A stretch of 63,458 bases of DNA, filler included, from Chiloscyllium plagiosum (taxonomy: Eukaryota): the NCBI RefSeq assembly GCF_004010195.1. It is 3 parts of one record of this genome, joined end to end, with 100 filler letters (N's around TTAATTAATTAA, not from the genome) between each part and the next. Parts side by side here need not be neighbours in the genome. Positions count along the whole stretch, not along the records: positions 1 to 31,441 come from NC_057712.1; positions 31,542 to 47,571 come from NC_057712.1; 1 more part is not named here. One strand, written 5' to 3'. Position 1 is the first letter of the stretch; every line of letters begins with the position of its first letter. The notes under the pieces are model-generated. The model was not told the DNA's origin. It did not search any database and was given only the letters and a program-made list of their open reading frames with translations. Positions 24,906-37,463 of this stretch are shown in pieces. The position numbers and the translations under genes are program-made.

Positions 24906-27707
24906 TTCTTTGCATATGGTACAGAAACCACTTTAAGTAAGACTAATCACAAATATATGTGCAAGGGCTCAGCATGTAGCTCCTCTGTCTCTGATCTAGA
25001 AGCTCCAGGTTCAAGTTCCACTTCAGGAATTGTTGGCTATGGGAAAGTATTCATGATATGGTCAAAGCAGGTTGATCATCAGTCCTCTGGTCCTTATAAC
25101 AGTTAACCACTGATCCCAAAAAGGAGAAAAAAACACGTGTATAGATACAAAACAGACAAAGGGACAGAAACATGCATCTGGTAGAAGCAGAATCATGTAA
25201 ATTCCCCAGATAAATGGCATGGCATTACTCTTTCTGACATGCAGTGCAGAACCTTCTGGTATGTGCATAAGCCAAACAATTACAATTCATACACGTCATA
25301 TTAACTAGGCTACATTGAATGAAAGAGGCAAACAGGCTGTACATAAAATTTATATAAAGTTTCTTTTACCAAATCTGTATAGGATTGGCATAGTGTAAAA
25401 CTGAGCATTATAATGAATGCTGGCAAGGCAAAACCTTCAATCTCATGATCCCTTCTAATTCATTATTGCATTAAATCACCTACCCTATTACTGCTCTATG
25501 AATAAAAATCTATTTCTATTTTTAAATTACAATGTCAAAGGAACAGAATGATTTAACTTGAGGGAGTTTTCAAACAAAGTTCATATTTAGAATGACAGTC
25601 ACATCAGAAGCAGACAGAACTTTTATGCAAAGAGTAAGCTAACTAATTGGAATTCTAAAATCAAACTTTCTGAGCTTGTTATTCTGCAACATGCAATAAC
25701 AGAATTGATATGATCTCATGATTATCTAATTTCTGTAGAACATCTTTATTTACCAATAGCTGGTGAAAATGCGTTCTTTTACAAGAATTTCAAGACTCCG
25801 TACCTTTTAGAAACCTATGGACAGGTCTTGGGACTGAAATATGACGTATGTATATTGAATATTTTGTTCTTGCTCAGATATGGATAAGGCTTGTTGATGC
25901 TGAATAAATTCACAATAGACCAACAATATTTACATTTATTCAGTGGGCTTTGATAAACTGAGTAGCCACATTTTAAACATACTTCTGTTGTACTATATAT
26001 GGCTCTATGTTTTGATTTTTCTTTGTTTCATTAAAACAAAGTGTATTAACAATATATTGCCTAACAAGCACAATTCTGGAGCCTGGAAATTCTCTCTTCG
26101 GCATGTTCCGTGGATCAGACTGTTTTGTACCCTCTTTCTCAGCAATATTCAACAAATATTTTCCCCAACTGTAAGTAATGAATTATTAAATTCTGATTCA
26201 AACAACCAAACACTGATAATTTTCCAGAAAACAGAAGCCATGCCAGATGTCTACCTAATAAGATGTGCATACTGATTATGTGCAAAGATATATAATGAAG
26301 ACCCATTTCTGCATTAGAAGAAGTGTCTTATCACTGTGCAGCTTCATAAACAGGTTGCCAGACGAACTAAGTCTGAAGGCGTTACAGCGGGTGATATCAA
26401 GCATGTCTTAGCAACAGATTTATCACTCTATTTGACATAAATTGCACAGTAACAATTCTAGTGCACCATTCACTTTTTAAATACAGATTTACATCCAATA
26501 CAGAAATTGAATTCACATTGGTGGACTTGGGAGTCAATGTCCTTGTACGTAAATCAACATTAAGTGCTTGTGTTCATGGAAAACTGTGAGAGCTCATGGG
26601 CAAGGGCTAACTTCATGTAGAATTCTGTGACTTTAAAATCTGTAAGCAAGAATTATGGAGTAGCTGATGATATGATTCATCATTCTAGCCTACTGTTTCA
26701 CTTTCATGATCGCTGCACTTGCTGTTACAAACAAGTCAGATTAAAAGTGACTGACACAAGCTCAAAGGACAGCAACTTGGCCTGTACAGTGTCTTTATAC
26801 ACTGTAACGGGTGGTAACATGGATGGATGCAGTAAGTGCTACATGGTGGAGGTGACATGACTAGGCAAGTGAGAAGGCATACACCATGTCATCTCTTTCC
26901 TAAACATCCCTCTTACATCAAAACAAAATCACAAAAACTAATTTACAGGTAGTATCATTTCCATTGAGAGTTACCCAAGTTATCCAATATGCACAAATGT
27001 TTTCATGCAGTAATAGTGAGTTATCTCATCAGTCTTTGTACACGCATTGCACATATCAGTCAGATTGTTTCCTTCCCTGATGTGTGCAATGTTGAGAAAG
27101 GTGTTAAACTATGGAGAGGGAAAAAGCTAGAATTTCAACATTGAGAAATTTTCCCATTAAATCCAATCTCTCTTCTGAGCAGGGACTACCTTATTTTCAG
27201 GCACTTGTGTCTCTTTAAAGGTCCCTGCACATTCTATTTATATGCCACTTCTAATTTTCTTCTCCTTCCCTCAGAAACTAAAGAGCGCAAATTCCCCACA
27301 TGTAAGTGAGAGCAAATAGCTGGTGACTGCATCTCATTGAATGTTTGTTCCAGTCATTATGCAAATGTTTTCCTCAAAACATCGCTTCATACACCATTAT
27401 GTCCATCTTCCTCAAGTATTCGTCCACGCAAGCAGTCATTGGCAAATCACCACATTCATCACCATACCTGTTCATGGACATAATACTCAGGAACTTCAAT
27501 GTAGCTCAGGGACATTCATGGCCTGTATGCTTTTTCCAAGTCACTTTGCATTCAGGGTCAGACACACATCTCATCTCTCTATACAAGATCCTTTTGTCCT
27601 CATGTAATCACTTACTTCATACATTTCTCTACTTGTTCTCTTAGCGCTCACTCACTGTGCTGTTCACTTGGAGGCTAGCAACTTCTGAGCGGGTCACATT
27701 GATTTCT

Positions 27708-28308
27708 CAGGAGAAAGTGAGGACTGCAGATGCTGGAGAGTCAGAGTCAAAAAGTGCAGCACTGGAAAAGCACAGCATGTCAGGCAGCATCCGAGGAGTA
27801 GGAAAATCTGCATGTGGGTGGGTGAAGGGGCCTGAGAGATAAATAGGGAGGAGGATGGGGTGAAGATAGCTGTGAAGGTGATAGGTAGACGAAGGTAGGG
27901 GGTGATTGTGATATTTCGGTGGAACGAATAGGTGGGAAGGAAGACGGACAGGTCAAATGGGAGGACATCAATATCGACTTCATAGTTTCCAAATCTCCCC
28001 TCCCCCCTACCTTATCCCAGATTCAACCCTCCAACTTGGCACTGCTCTCTTGAACTGTCCTACCTGTCCATCTTCCTTCCCACCTATCCGCTCCACCCTC
28101 CCATCACAATCATCCCTCACCTGCATCTACCTATCGCCTTCCCAGCTACCTTCACCCCAGCCTCACCCCCAACCACACCTTCCTATTTAACTCTAATCCC
28201 CCTTCCCACGCTCCACATTTCTGATGAAGGGCTTATGCCTGAAACATCAAATCTCCTGCTCATTGGATGCTGCCTGACCTGCTGTGCTTTTCCAGAGTCA
28301 CACTTTTC
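27708..28308. mobile_element. Inverted pair of Penelope 3' ends with 13-bp TSD
   Basis: 27709-27955 is the approximate reverse complement of 28060-28308; CACATTGATTTCT at 27695-27707 and 28309-28321; ctgatgaagggcttatgcctgaaac at ~28221-28245. Confidence 0.8.
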
Positions 28309-28329
28309 CACATTGATTTCTTAGTCCAC

Positions 28330-30420
28330 AAGGTCTGTACTGCTGAGTTACAGGCTGAATAGGCAGGTGAGAGTATTGAGTGGACCTGATGCAATAGTAA
28401 GAGTTGAAGCCCATGAGCCTTGGTGAGTTTTGGGTCTCACTTGGACCCAGTTTATTGAGAAGGTTGATGGCTTATACCTGGAGTGGCTCTCCAATGCTCA
28501 ATCCTGACAATGGTTTGGCAGTTTTGTGAAAATGAAAGTTGCATTTTTGCCATTTCACCTTAATTGTCACTTGGGCCTGTTACTACTCTAGCTTCGGTAG
28601 CTTTTTGTGCTACCAGAAGAGTAGTTTTTGTGACATTAGCTTGTGTACTGGACTATTTCTCACATCTTCACTTGGAGTGTTTCTCCACTCAAGAATTGCC
28701 TTCTATGTATTTGTGTGGGATTTGCTTGATTTCTTCATGAATGCTCTGGTGACTTGCATTGCTTTTCCATTTGACTGGGGTTAATGTAGAGATGATGTGC
28801 TGTGTTGAATTTCCTAATCATTTATGAAGTAGCCAAAAGCTTTACTCATGAAATGAGGATCATTGTGAAGTTCTGTAAGAACTGAAGTCTGCTTTCAAGC
28901 ATTGTATAACCTAACTGGTTCAGTGTGGACTAGTTGGACCAAAGGGTCTGTTTCCATATTGTATAAGCCCATGACTCCATGGTTGTGTTTAAGTCAGCTG
29001 ATCTTCCTTCCAGTAGTCAGAATAGTAGTTTATGATGACAAGATAATCAGGTCCTATGAGTGTGATTGGTCTACTCAAAGCTTTGTCCACGGTCTACCTC
29101 AAATGTCATGTGCCATTATTACCTGCTTACCTTGGAACTCTTTACAAGCACTGCACTCTCTGATGTGGTCCTTGGTTTCAGTGTAAACATTTGGCCAGTA
29201 GATCACTTCCCTTGTCTTCCTCAGAACTGACTCAATTCCTCAGCTTGCATGGATAAACTTTAGCATCTCTCCTCTTAATCCCTCGGGGTTAGTGACTATA
29301 TTCCCTTTGTAACTTACACCATTATTAGTCTGGCATTTCATCTCTGTATGCCCAAAGCATTCTTGCTTCACAAGAGTGTTCTTGATGCTTTCAGACTTTC
29401 CTTTCCTCACGGCTTCTAGTAACACCTGGAAAGTTGCATCTAGCTTGCTTGATTTGAGCAAGGTGCTTGTCTGTCAAATTCAATGTCTCTGCTGAGTTGC
29501 TAACCTCGAGAACATGATCTGGAAGATTTCAGACTCTGTCAGAGCATCCCATAGGGAAAGCTGCTCTTGACAGCATGGAAGTGATGTACATCTGTTTTCT
29601 GTGCTTGTGTGTCACGTTCAAATGATATCTCTGTAAACAGTAAAATTTATTGTAATGCTTTGGAGTAGATGGTAGCATCTTAAGGAAGATGCAGCAAAAT
29701 GGCTTAAGGACAGACATGATTATAACTTTGTCTTTTTCAAGCAGGTAGTGATGAGAATACTCATAAACAAAGACAGTGACCCAGCATTCATTCTCAATCT
29801 GAGTGTTGGGTTTCTCTGTTTGCATTAACGTTCAGGATATAAATGCAACCGGTAACCCTGGCTGAATTCAAGACACAACTTGCTTGCATTAGACTGCAGG
29901 GTGACTTCACCTTCTACGCTATAGCATTTAGGCATTGCTGTTGTCATTGCCAGTTGCTGATTTCAGTGAAAGCTGCTTCACATTCTATGTCCCAATACCA
30001 CTGTACCTTCAAGGCTTTCAAAGTTTCTGCTGCGCTTATTTTTAATTATTTTGAGAGATTTAGGATGGAATTCACTTTGTGATAGTCTCTCCCTAACAGT
30101 CAGAAAATTGTAGCTCTGTGTAATAATGTGGCTTGTTAATTAAGTCTGGCAATCTTTTTGCCAATGTAAGTGTAGAAACTGCCAGTTCTCTTTCATACCA
30201 CCTTTAACTTCAGACAGCAATGGTAGAGGTAAACTTGCGGCCATTAAGCTTTACCCAGTGCTTTCAATGGTGGCCTGATTTGCTCTTTCTCTGTGCCACC
30301 TGTGGCTTTCAACAGCTTTTCATGGTTCTAAATATTCATGCGTTCCTTCTGTAGTGGCTACATTTCAATTCAATTTTTAACAATCTCAGCTCCATTGTGA
30401 CACCACATTAAGAGTTTACA
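28330..30420 (-). mobile_element. Highly decayed Ty3/Gypsy pol (RNase H, integrase zinc-finger region)
   Basis: YKGNIVTNPEGLRGEMLKFIHAS, ..REVIYWPNV.. and LQRYHLNVTHK..KQMYITSMLSRA remnants. Confidence 0.6.
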
Positions 30421-31201
30421 GGACAACAACATGGCTTGTGCTGTGTCTTTATTAAACAATTTGTAACGTAGCAGCATGTGGTCAGTGCTTCATGGTAAAG
30501 GCCAATGACGGCAGAGAGCCACCAAAAACACATTAATACATTACTTTCCATTTCTCTCCAAAACAGTAACCGTTTCAATCATCTTGATGTTCCTATGTGT
30601 GGTTTATTTAGAAGATTTGTTTCTATCCCCGCTTTCTCCTTTTTACTCTCCTAACAGTATCAAAGGATGAAGTTTGGATGAAGATTGTTCTTGATCAGTA
30701 GAGGTTATGGTAAATTTTGCACTCCGATTGATTTGTTCTCCATAGATATCAATGGAGAACTGTGGTGTAGACCATTGATAATTGCAAGTTTGGATTTTCG
30801 TTTTTGAGTTAATACCATGTTGATTTTCTGTGTCTGAAATTAATAACCAACTGGCAAATATTTCTATAGCCATGGTAATTTCTTTTGAAATACTCTTTGA
30901 AGTCCATTCAATTAATGGGGGGTGGGGAGTTAAAATGTAAATTGGTCGGGTTTTATGACTGAACAAGATAAAGCTCCAGTTTAAAAGTCAGGAGAGGATT
31001 TTTTTTAAGCTTAAGGGAGATGCCCATAACTTAGAAGAAAGTCTTTCTTTGGTTTTGCTTCGCATTTTCCTGTGAATTCCTTCAATAAAGATATTTCCTT
31101 AGATCGGTGCTCCCGAGAAGGGGGAGAACAAAGTGTAAGTAGATTACCTTAAAATAAAGAGTTACTGATTGTCCTAGTCTTGAGGTGTTGGGATAAAATC
31201 C

Positions 31202-31441
31202 TAATGAGGTTACATAGAGCTGAGGAGAAAGTGAGATCTGCAGATGCTGGAGATCAGAGATGGAAATGTGTTGCTGGAAAAGCGCAGCAGGTCAGGCAGC
31301 ATCCAGGGAACAGGAGAATCGACGTTTCGGGCATAAGCCCTTCTTCAGGAATGGGGAAAGTTTGTCCAGCAGGCTAAGATAAAAGGTAGGGAGGAGGGAC
31401 TTGGGGGAGGGGCGTCAGAAATGTGATAGGTGGAAAGAGGT
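31202..31441 (-). mobile_element. Young Penelope-like element 3' end/pLTR, cut by the gap
   Basis: Highly similar to 63047-63270; CTGAAGA-A-GGGC-ttat-GCCC-GAAAC at 31324-31348 (minus). Confidence 0.8.
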
Positions 31442-31541
31442 NNNNNNNNNNNNNNNNNNNNNNNNNNNNNNNNNNNNNNNNNNNNTTAATTAATTAANNN
31501 NNNNNNNNNNNNNNNNNNNNNNNNNNNNNNNNNNNNNNNNN
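31442..31541. other. Artificial scaffold linker (44 N + TTAATTAATTAA + 44 N)
   Basis: Exactly 100 bp with a six-frame stop cassette; identical structure at 47572-47671. Confidence 0.97.
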
Positions 31542-31710
31542 ACCACCCTCTGCGTGAAAACGTTGCCCCTTAGGTCTCTTTTATATCTTTCCCCTCTCAC
31601 CCTAAACCGATGCCCTCTAGCTCTGGACTCCCCCACCCCAGGGGGAAAAGACTTTGCCTATTTATCCTATCCACACCTCCCTCATGATTTTGTAAACCTC
31701 TATAAAAGGT
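31542..31710 (-). mobile_element. CR1 3' fragment
   Basis: FIEVYKIMREVWIG and agaactagagggcatcggtttagggtgagaggggaaagatat-like CR1 end. Confidence 0.8.
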
Positions 31711-31966
31711 CCTCCGATGACCAGAGCCAGGCAATTCCCAACAGCAGCAGCACCCCGCTCGCTCGCGGTCCAGCCAAGGTGACTGGACAGTGATTCGAGA
31801 GCAGGAACGTGGCTGATTTTTAAACACGCCTTGGCTGCACCGGGGTCAGACGCAACCTCTCTTCCCACCACCCCGAGGGGGGGGGTATCAGTGAGCTTGG
31901 AACAGAGCCAGAGCTATTCCCACAGCACAGAATCTCACCAGGCAGTCCACACAAAGCCAACCCGGA

Positions 31967-31972
31967 TTTATT
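31967..31972 (-). terminator. Probable polyadenylation signal of CCDC115
   Basis: AATAAA on the minus strand ~265 nt after the stop codon, followed by GT-rich sequence (ttggctttgtgtgg). Confidence 0.65.
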
Positions 31973-32235
31973 TTCTCAAACGATCAAGGCGAATGGCCGT
32001 CAATGATCGCACAATCCTCCTCGCTCCCCTGGCTTACAGTGTGCTCACGGGACCATCCCAACTCCCCTGCCACCCGCCCGGAAAACGGAGATTTTAACAA
32101 AGTCTGGGACGCCGAGGTCCACCGGGATGTTGCTTGGATTGGGGCGTGGCCCAACCGGACCTGGGGTTGAGGAGGGGAGAACGTCCCCCTGAGGAGGCTG
32201 ACCTCTGGCCTGGCGTGGGCAGAACCAAGCCACGC

Positions 32236-32351
32236 TCACACGCTCTGGGGTCCGATGAGTTTGTGCTTCTGTCGCAGGAGGGCCTGGTATTCTGCCTTGG
32301 CGCTGACGAGGCGACTCTGCAGGGTCGCCACCTCAGCCACGAGCTCCATCA
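32236..32351 (-). CDS. CCDC115: CCDC115 exon 5 (last coding exon)
   Basis: tttccccatctttctccAG|TG ATG GAG...; (V)MELVAEVATLQSRLVSAKAEYQALLRQKHKLIGPQSV*, matching the C-terminal coiled coil (human LQLAADIASLQNRI). Confidence 0.9.
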
Positions 32352-32663
32352 CTGGAGAAAGATGGGGAAAAGAGACGGAGAGAGGGACAACCATCAAACG
32401 GGGAGCAAGTAACACATGGGTCACAGACGGCAGCAGCGAGTATTGGGGAAAAAAAAAACAAAACTGGAAAGACTCAGCAGGTCCGGCAGCAACTGTGGAG
32501 AGAAAGCAGTGTACCCTTTCGTGTCCACCGACCCTCTTCAGAGCTGGACTTGACTCTGCTTTCCCTCCGCAGTCACTGCCAGACCTGTGGAGCTCCACTG
32601 GGGATTCCCGCTTTCCTTTCTAATTGCCAACATCCTCGGTTCTGTGTGTTTGAGCAGTAAGGG

Positions 32664-33030
32664 ATGGCACGGTTGGGTCAGAGGTTGGCACCGCCGACTC
32701 ACGGCGCCAGGCGTTCGATCCCATCCTCGGGTGTTTGCACATTCGCCCCCTGCCCAGTGTCTGCCATGGGCTTCCTCCAACAATCCAAACGACGTGCAGG
32801 TCAGGGTGGATTGGCCGTGCTAAATTGTCCCCGTAGTGCCCAGGGATGTGCAGGTTAGGGTGGATTGGCCATGCTAAATTGTCCCCGTAAGTGCTTTATG
32901 CATTAGTCAGAGGGAAATATGGAGGGAGGGAAATCGGGCTGGGTGCGTTGCTCTTCGGAGGGTCGGTGTGGACTTGTTGGGCCGAAGGGCCTGGTTCCAC
33001 ACTGTATGGAAGCGAAGCTAATCTAATCTA
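32664..33030 (+). mobile_element. HE1-type SINE with an internal 54-bp duplication
   Basis: tRNA-like head, two copies of gtgcaggt.agggtggattggcc.tgctaaattgtccccgta, and a CR1-like tail ending aatctaatct. Confidence 0.85.
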
Positions 33031-33333
33031 AAGTGCACTGTGTGGGCCACCGAGAAATAATACGCCTGAAAAACGTGCACATTCCAGCGAGGCAGAAAGA
33101 GGACATTTGAGACCAGGTTAAGCCCAGAAAAGACAGCAAAGAAAACCCATCAGAAGCAAACAGGAGACAAGTGAGCATGGTGCAGATACAGTAGAGGGAG
33201 CTAATTACAACTTGAATTTTCCCACTCGCTCATGTCAGCCTCTCAACCACGTCTCCCCTCACCCAGCCTCATCATCCCGCACCCTCCCCCTTTCCCAGCT
33301 CCTGACGGATCGGGGGGGCGTTGGGATCCGTAC

Positions 33334-33534
33334 CTTCTCTGAAAGCTGCCTGAGCGTCTCGTAAACTCTGAGGCACGAGGACCCCAAACCAGCGGAGAGG
33401 GTCCTGGCTGGACTGGCGTCCACCTGCGCGCACCGCCGGCTTCTCCTCCGACGCCTGCGAATCACTGGCCGGCTCACCTTCCGATTTCAGCTGCTGCCCC
33501 TCCTGGGCTCCCCACCTGGCCTTTCTTCTCCGCA
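33334..33534 (-). CDS. CCDC115: CCDC115 exon 4
   Basis: ccccgtacAG|TG CGG AGA...GAA G|GTacgg; 201 nt; RRRK...[24 protein letters not shown] contains the Vma22/CCDC115 signature DPLxWFGxLVPxSLRxAQxxF. Confidence 0.95.
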
Positions 33535-33793
33535 CTGTACGGGGACAAACGGGGCCACATGGTCAAGTTGGCGCCAGTCACTTGCACAGCAAAGCCACGC
33601 TGCACCAAACCTGGCACTGCTTGGCATGGGGGTCAGGTGAACCCCTTGTCTCAATGCTCGCTCCACCACACGAAGCTGTCGCATATCACAATGCTGCCAG
33701 TTTCACGCACAATCCCAGTCCTCGCGTGCAAGTATGGGTTCAACAGCAGGGCATCACATATTGTCCTCTCAACGGGATACACTGCATAGCAAT

Positions 33794-34120
33794 GGTGGCA
33801 CGGTGGCTCAGTGGTTAGCACCGCTGCCTCACAGTGCCAGGGGACCCGGTTTCGGTTCCAGCCTCAGGGCGACTGACTGTGTGGAGTTTGCACGTCCTCC
33901 CCACGTCTGCGTGGGTTTCCTCCGGGTGCTCCGGTTTCCTCCCACACTCCAAAGATGTGCAAGTTGGGGTGGATTGCCTGTGCTAAGTTGCCCAGCGTTC
34001 AGGGATGTGTAGGTTGGGTGCATTGGTCAGGGGTTAAACGTAGGGGAATGGGTTACTCTTCGGAGGGTCGGTGTAGACCTGTTGGGCCGAAGGGCCTGTT
34101 TCTGCACTGTCAGGATTCTA
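33794..34120 (+). mobile_element. HE1-type SINE
   Basis: ggtggcacggtggctcagtggttagcaccgctgcctcacagtgccagggg...gttgggccgaagggcctgttt. Confidence 0.9.
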
Positions 34121-34286
34121 CGGATAACCTCGGTTTGAACCCTGGTTAATGCTTCTCCCTCATCAGCAGACACACAGTCCGTAAAACTGTACGGCTGACA
34201 GGATTACAGGGGCTCAAGCAGAGATTTATTTCATCTAGAAATGTGGTCTGCTGTCAGGTTGCAGTCTCACTGAGCTGAACACTCAC

Positions 34287-34408
34287 CCTGCCCTTGGGCT
34301 CCAACCTCTAGTACCTCCTTCTGATCTTCCTCAACACCTCCTGCACTTGTTAGCTCCCCAGAGTCCACTCTCTCAACTTTGAAGCTGCGATGACCATCTT
34401 CGTTCAGA
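34287..34408 (-). CDS. CCDC115: CCDC115 exon 3
   Basis: cttctgttgcAG|T CTG AAC...CAG G|GTgagt; 122 nt; open frame LNEDGHRSFKVERV...EVGAQGQ whose phases (2 in, 1 out) exactly bridge exons 2 and 4; FKV and EVG match recalled human residues. Confidence 0.88.
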
Positions 34409-34556
34409 CTGCAACAGAAGCGACATTAGCAGAATTATGAATCCCCTGCGGAACTAAGTGCTTCATGCACTTACTGAAAGTCAAACTACCCTTTCCACAG
34501 ACCCTATCCCACAACACTAACATGGAGGAGACCTCAATCACTGCCCGGTTCCACAT

Positions 34557-35540
34557 GTGATGATGCTGTGGCTGCAAGAGGTGCGTTTATTCTGGTTTCT
34601 TTTCGAGAGAGATTGGGGGACAGGTGCAGAGCCGTCTATGAGAAGACCTTGTGAAGCCTTGGGGAAATTTTTTTTTAAAAAGTTGGAACAATAGAAGCAA
34701 GCTGAACGGGCGTGATAGGGCTCCCACCCACAGATCTAGGATTTTTAGTCCAGCTTTCAGCAGTTGTTGTTGGGGGTATGAGAAGTTGTCATATCTCCCT
34801 TTGCAACAGTTGAAAGCTGGAGTTCTCTCTCTCACACACACACACACTTTTCCTTTGATGTTCTTTCCTCCGGGATTGGAGAACTGCATGTCAGATAATC
34901 AGATTTCTGAATTTGCCCAATGTTAATTAGAAATAGTTACTATTTACTATTGAGTTTTCCATCAGAGTTAGGTTATTCCAATACCTTCTTCCTTTTCTTC
35001 AGAAAAGATTTACAAGGATGTTGCCAGGGTGGGAGGATTTGAGCTACAGGGAGAGGCTGAACAGTCTGGGGCTGTTTTCCCTGGAGCGTCGGAGGCTGAG
35101 GGGTGACCTTATAGAGGTTTACAAAATTATGAGGGGCATGGATAGGGTAAATAGGCAAAGTCTNNNNNNNNNNNNNNNNNNNNNNNNNNNCACACAGAGG
35201 GTGGTAGGTGTATGGAATGAGCCGCCAGAGGAACATTTAAGAGGCATTTGGATGGGTATATGAATAGGAAGGGTTTGGAGGGATATGGGCCAAGTGCTGG
35301 CAGGTGGGACTAGATTGGGTTGGGATATCTGGGGCGGCATGGACGGGTTGTTTCCACGCTGTACGTCTCTTGTATTTTAATTATAGTGGATGAATAACAT
35401 GTACTTTGTTTTAAATCTGGTAGCTTTACCAATCCAATTACACCTGGAATGCTACACCATACATGGACCTTTAAAAGAAGGAACGTTAGGGTCTAGACTA
35501 TCTTCTGAATAGGTTGAGGGGGTTTGGTCTTGTCCAAAAC
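34557..35540 (+). mobile_element. Possible solo LTR-like repeat interrupted by a CR1 3' fragment (~35000-35375)
   Basis: CR1 part is clear (MLPGWEDLSYRERLNSLGLFSLERRRLRGDLIEVYKIM); the flanks look LTR-like (tgtga start, ggtttggtcttgtcc end) but no TSD was confirmed. Confidence 0.45.
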
Positions 35541-35619
35541 GCACAATACTCAATGAAGAGGGTGTCACTCACCACCCATCACAAAAGTACTAACGTCAAG
35601 GGGGACTTCAATTACTGTC

Positions 35620-35810
35620 TACAACACTCACAATGAGGGGACCCTCACTCACTGCCCCTTCCCACCCAACACTCACAATGAGGGGACCGTCACTCACTGC
35701 CCCTTCCCACCCAACACTCACAGTGAGGGGACCCTCACTCACTGCCCCTTCCCACCCAACACTCACAGTGAGGGGACCCTCACTCACTGCCCCACCGACA
35801 CTCACATTAG
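35620..35810. repeat. 45-bp minisatellite, ~4 copies; inverted partial copies at 36230-36320
   Basis: Unit caacactcacagtgaggggaccctcactcactgccccttcccacc; 15-aa period in the overlapping ORFs. Confidence 0.9.
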
Positions 35811-36394
35811 ATATGGAGATATTAAGGGAGCCCAGTCTGAGCTCGAGGACCTTGGTAGTTCCCAAAGGTGCACGACCCGAGAGGGTGCAGCACGATTGCA
35901 GCGTGTACCTGGTTCATCGATAGTGGGGTTTGCATAGCCCTGTCCGTTATATCCTTCATCCACAGAATACCACGGAAGAACTGTTTGCCCGCTTCACCGG
36001 GATGGCACATCAGTCTTGGGTATCGTTAGAGCTGCAGTGGATCAGGGCTGATCCCCGACTTGATGGCATTGGCACAGTGGGGGTATGTGGAGCCTTCAGG
36101 TTACAGACTGTTCAGTACAATTCAGCGGTGACTGAGCTCAGGGCCCACAGCGCCACACCAACGGCTGTGTTCAGAATCGACCTCAGCAAGCAGGGTGGTA
36201 GAGGCAAGACACAGGTTTGTGGATGTGGCACTGAGACCCTCTCACTCTGAGTGTTGGTGGGGTGGCGGGGGAGTGGGGCAGAGAGTGAGTGAGGGTCCCC
36301 TCACTGAGTGTGTTGGGGGGAAATGGGGTAGTTTCAGTTATAATCATTACTCATTCCACAGAATGCCTGTACTGTCCACCAATGTACAGGATCG

Positions 36395-37463
36395 GTGGAT
36401 TGGCTGTGCTAAATTGTCCCCGTAGTGCCCAGGGATGTGCAGGTTAGGGTGGGTTGGCCGTGCTAAATTGTCCCCGTAGTGCCCAGGGATTTGCAGGTTA
36501 GGGTGGATTGGCCGTGCTAAATTGTCCCCATAGTGCCCAGGGATGTGCAGGTTAGGGTGGATTGGCCGTGCTAAATTGTCCCCGTAGTGCCCAGGGAAGT
36601 GCAGGTTAGGGTGGATTGGCCGTGCTAAATTGTCCCCGTAGTGCCCAGGGATGTGCAGATTAGGGTGGATTGGCCNNNNNNNNNNNNNNNNNNNNNNNNN
36701 NNNNNNNNNNNNNNNNNNNNNNNNNNNNNNNNNNNNNNNNNNNNNNNNNNNNNNNNNNNNNNNNNNNNNNNNNNNNNNNNNNNNNNNNNNNNNNNNNNNN
36801 NNNNNNNNNNNNNNNNNNNNNNNNNNNNNNNNNNNNNNNNNNNNNNNNNNNNNNNNNNNNNNNNNNNNNNNNNNNNNNNNNNNNNNNNNNNNNNNNNNNN
36901 NNNNNNNNNNNNNNNNNNNNNNNNNNNNNNNNNNNNNNNNNNNNNNNNNNNNNNNNNNNNNNNNNNNNNNNNNNNNNNNNNNNNNNNNNNNNNNNNNNNN
37001 NNNNNNNNNNNNNNNNNNNNNNNNNNNNNNNNNNNNNNNNNNNNNNNNNNNNNNNNNNNNNNNNNNNNNNNNNNNNNNNNNNNNNNNNNNNNNNNNNNNN
37101 NNNNNNNNNNNNNNNNNNNNNNNNNNNNNNNNNNNNNNNNNNNNNNNNNNNNNNNNNNNNNNNNNNNNNNNNNNNNNNNNNNNNNNNNNNNNNNNNNNGG
37201 GCACTACGGGGACAATTTAGCACGGCCAATCCACCCCAACCTGCACATCCCTGGGCACTATGGGGACAATTTAGCACGGCCAATCCACCCTAACCTGCAT
37301 ATCCCTGGACACTACGGGGACAATTTAGCACGGCCAATCCACCCCAACCTGCACATCCCTGGGCACTATGGGGACAATTTAGCACGGCCAATCCACCCTA
37401 ACCTGCATATCCCTGGACACTACGGGGACAATTTAGCACGGCCAATGCACCCCAACCTGCACA
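36395..37463. repeat. 54-bp tandem repeat derived from the SINE body, spanning a 523-N gap, opposite orientation on each side
   Basis: Unit gggtggattggccgtgctaaattgtccccgtagtgcccagggatgtgcaggtta, ~5 copies left (plus) and ~5 right (minus). Confidence 0.92.

Noticed and set aside
31486..31497. TTAATTAATTAA palindrome as a biological site
   Set aside because: Centred in exactly 44+44 Ns and repeated at 47616-47627; a synthetic linker.
33794..33870. tRNA genes (A/B box sequences here and at 12.8, 22.2, 24.9, 32.7 and 39.3 kb)
   Set aside because: These are tRNA-derived SINE heads running into SINE bodies; no complete cloverleaf.
36395..37463. Regular repeats resembling a CRISPR array, and long ORFs over them
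   Set aside because: Units are contiguous with no unique spacers and derive from a SINE; the DNA is eukaryotic; the ORFs are long only because of Ns and the 54-bp period.
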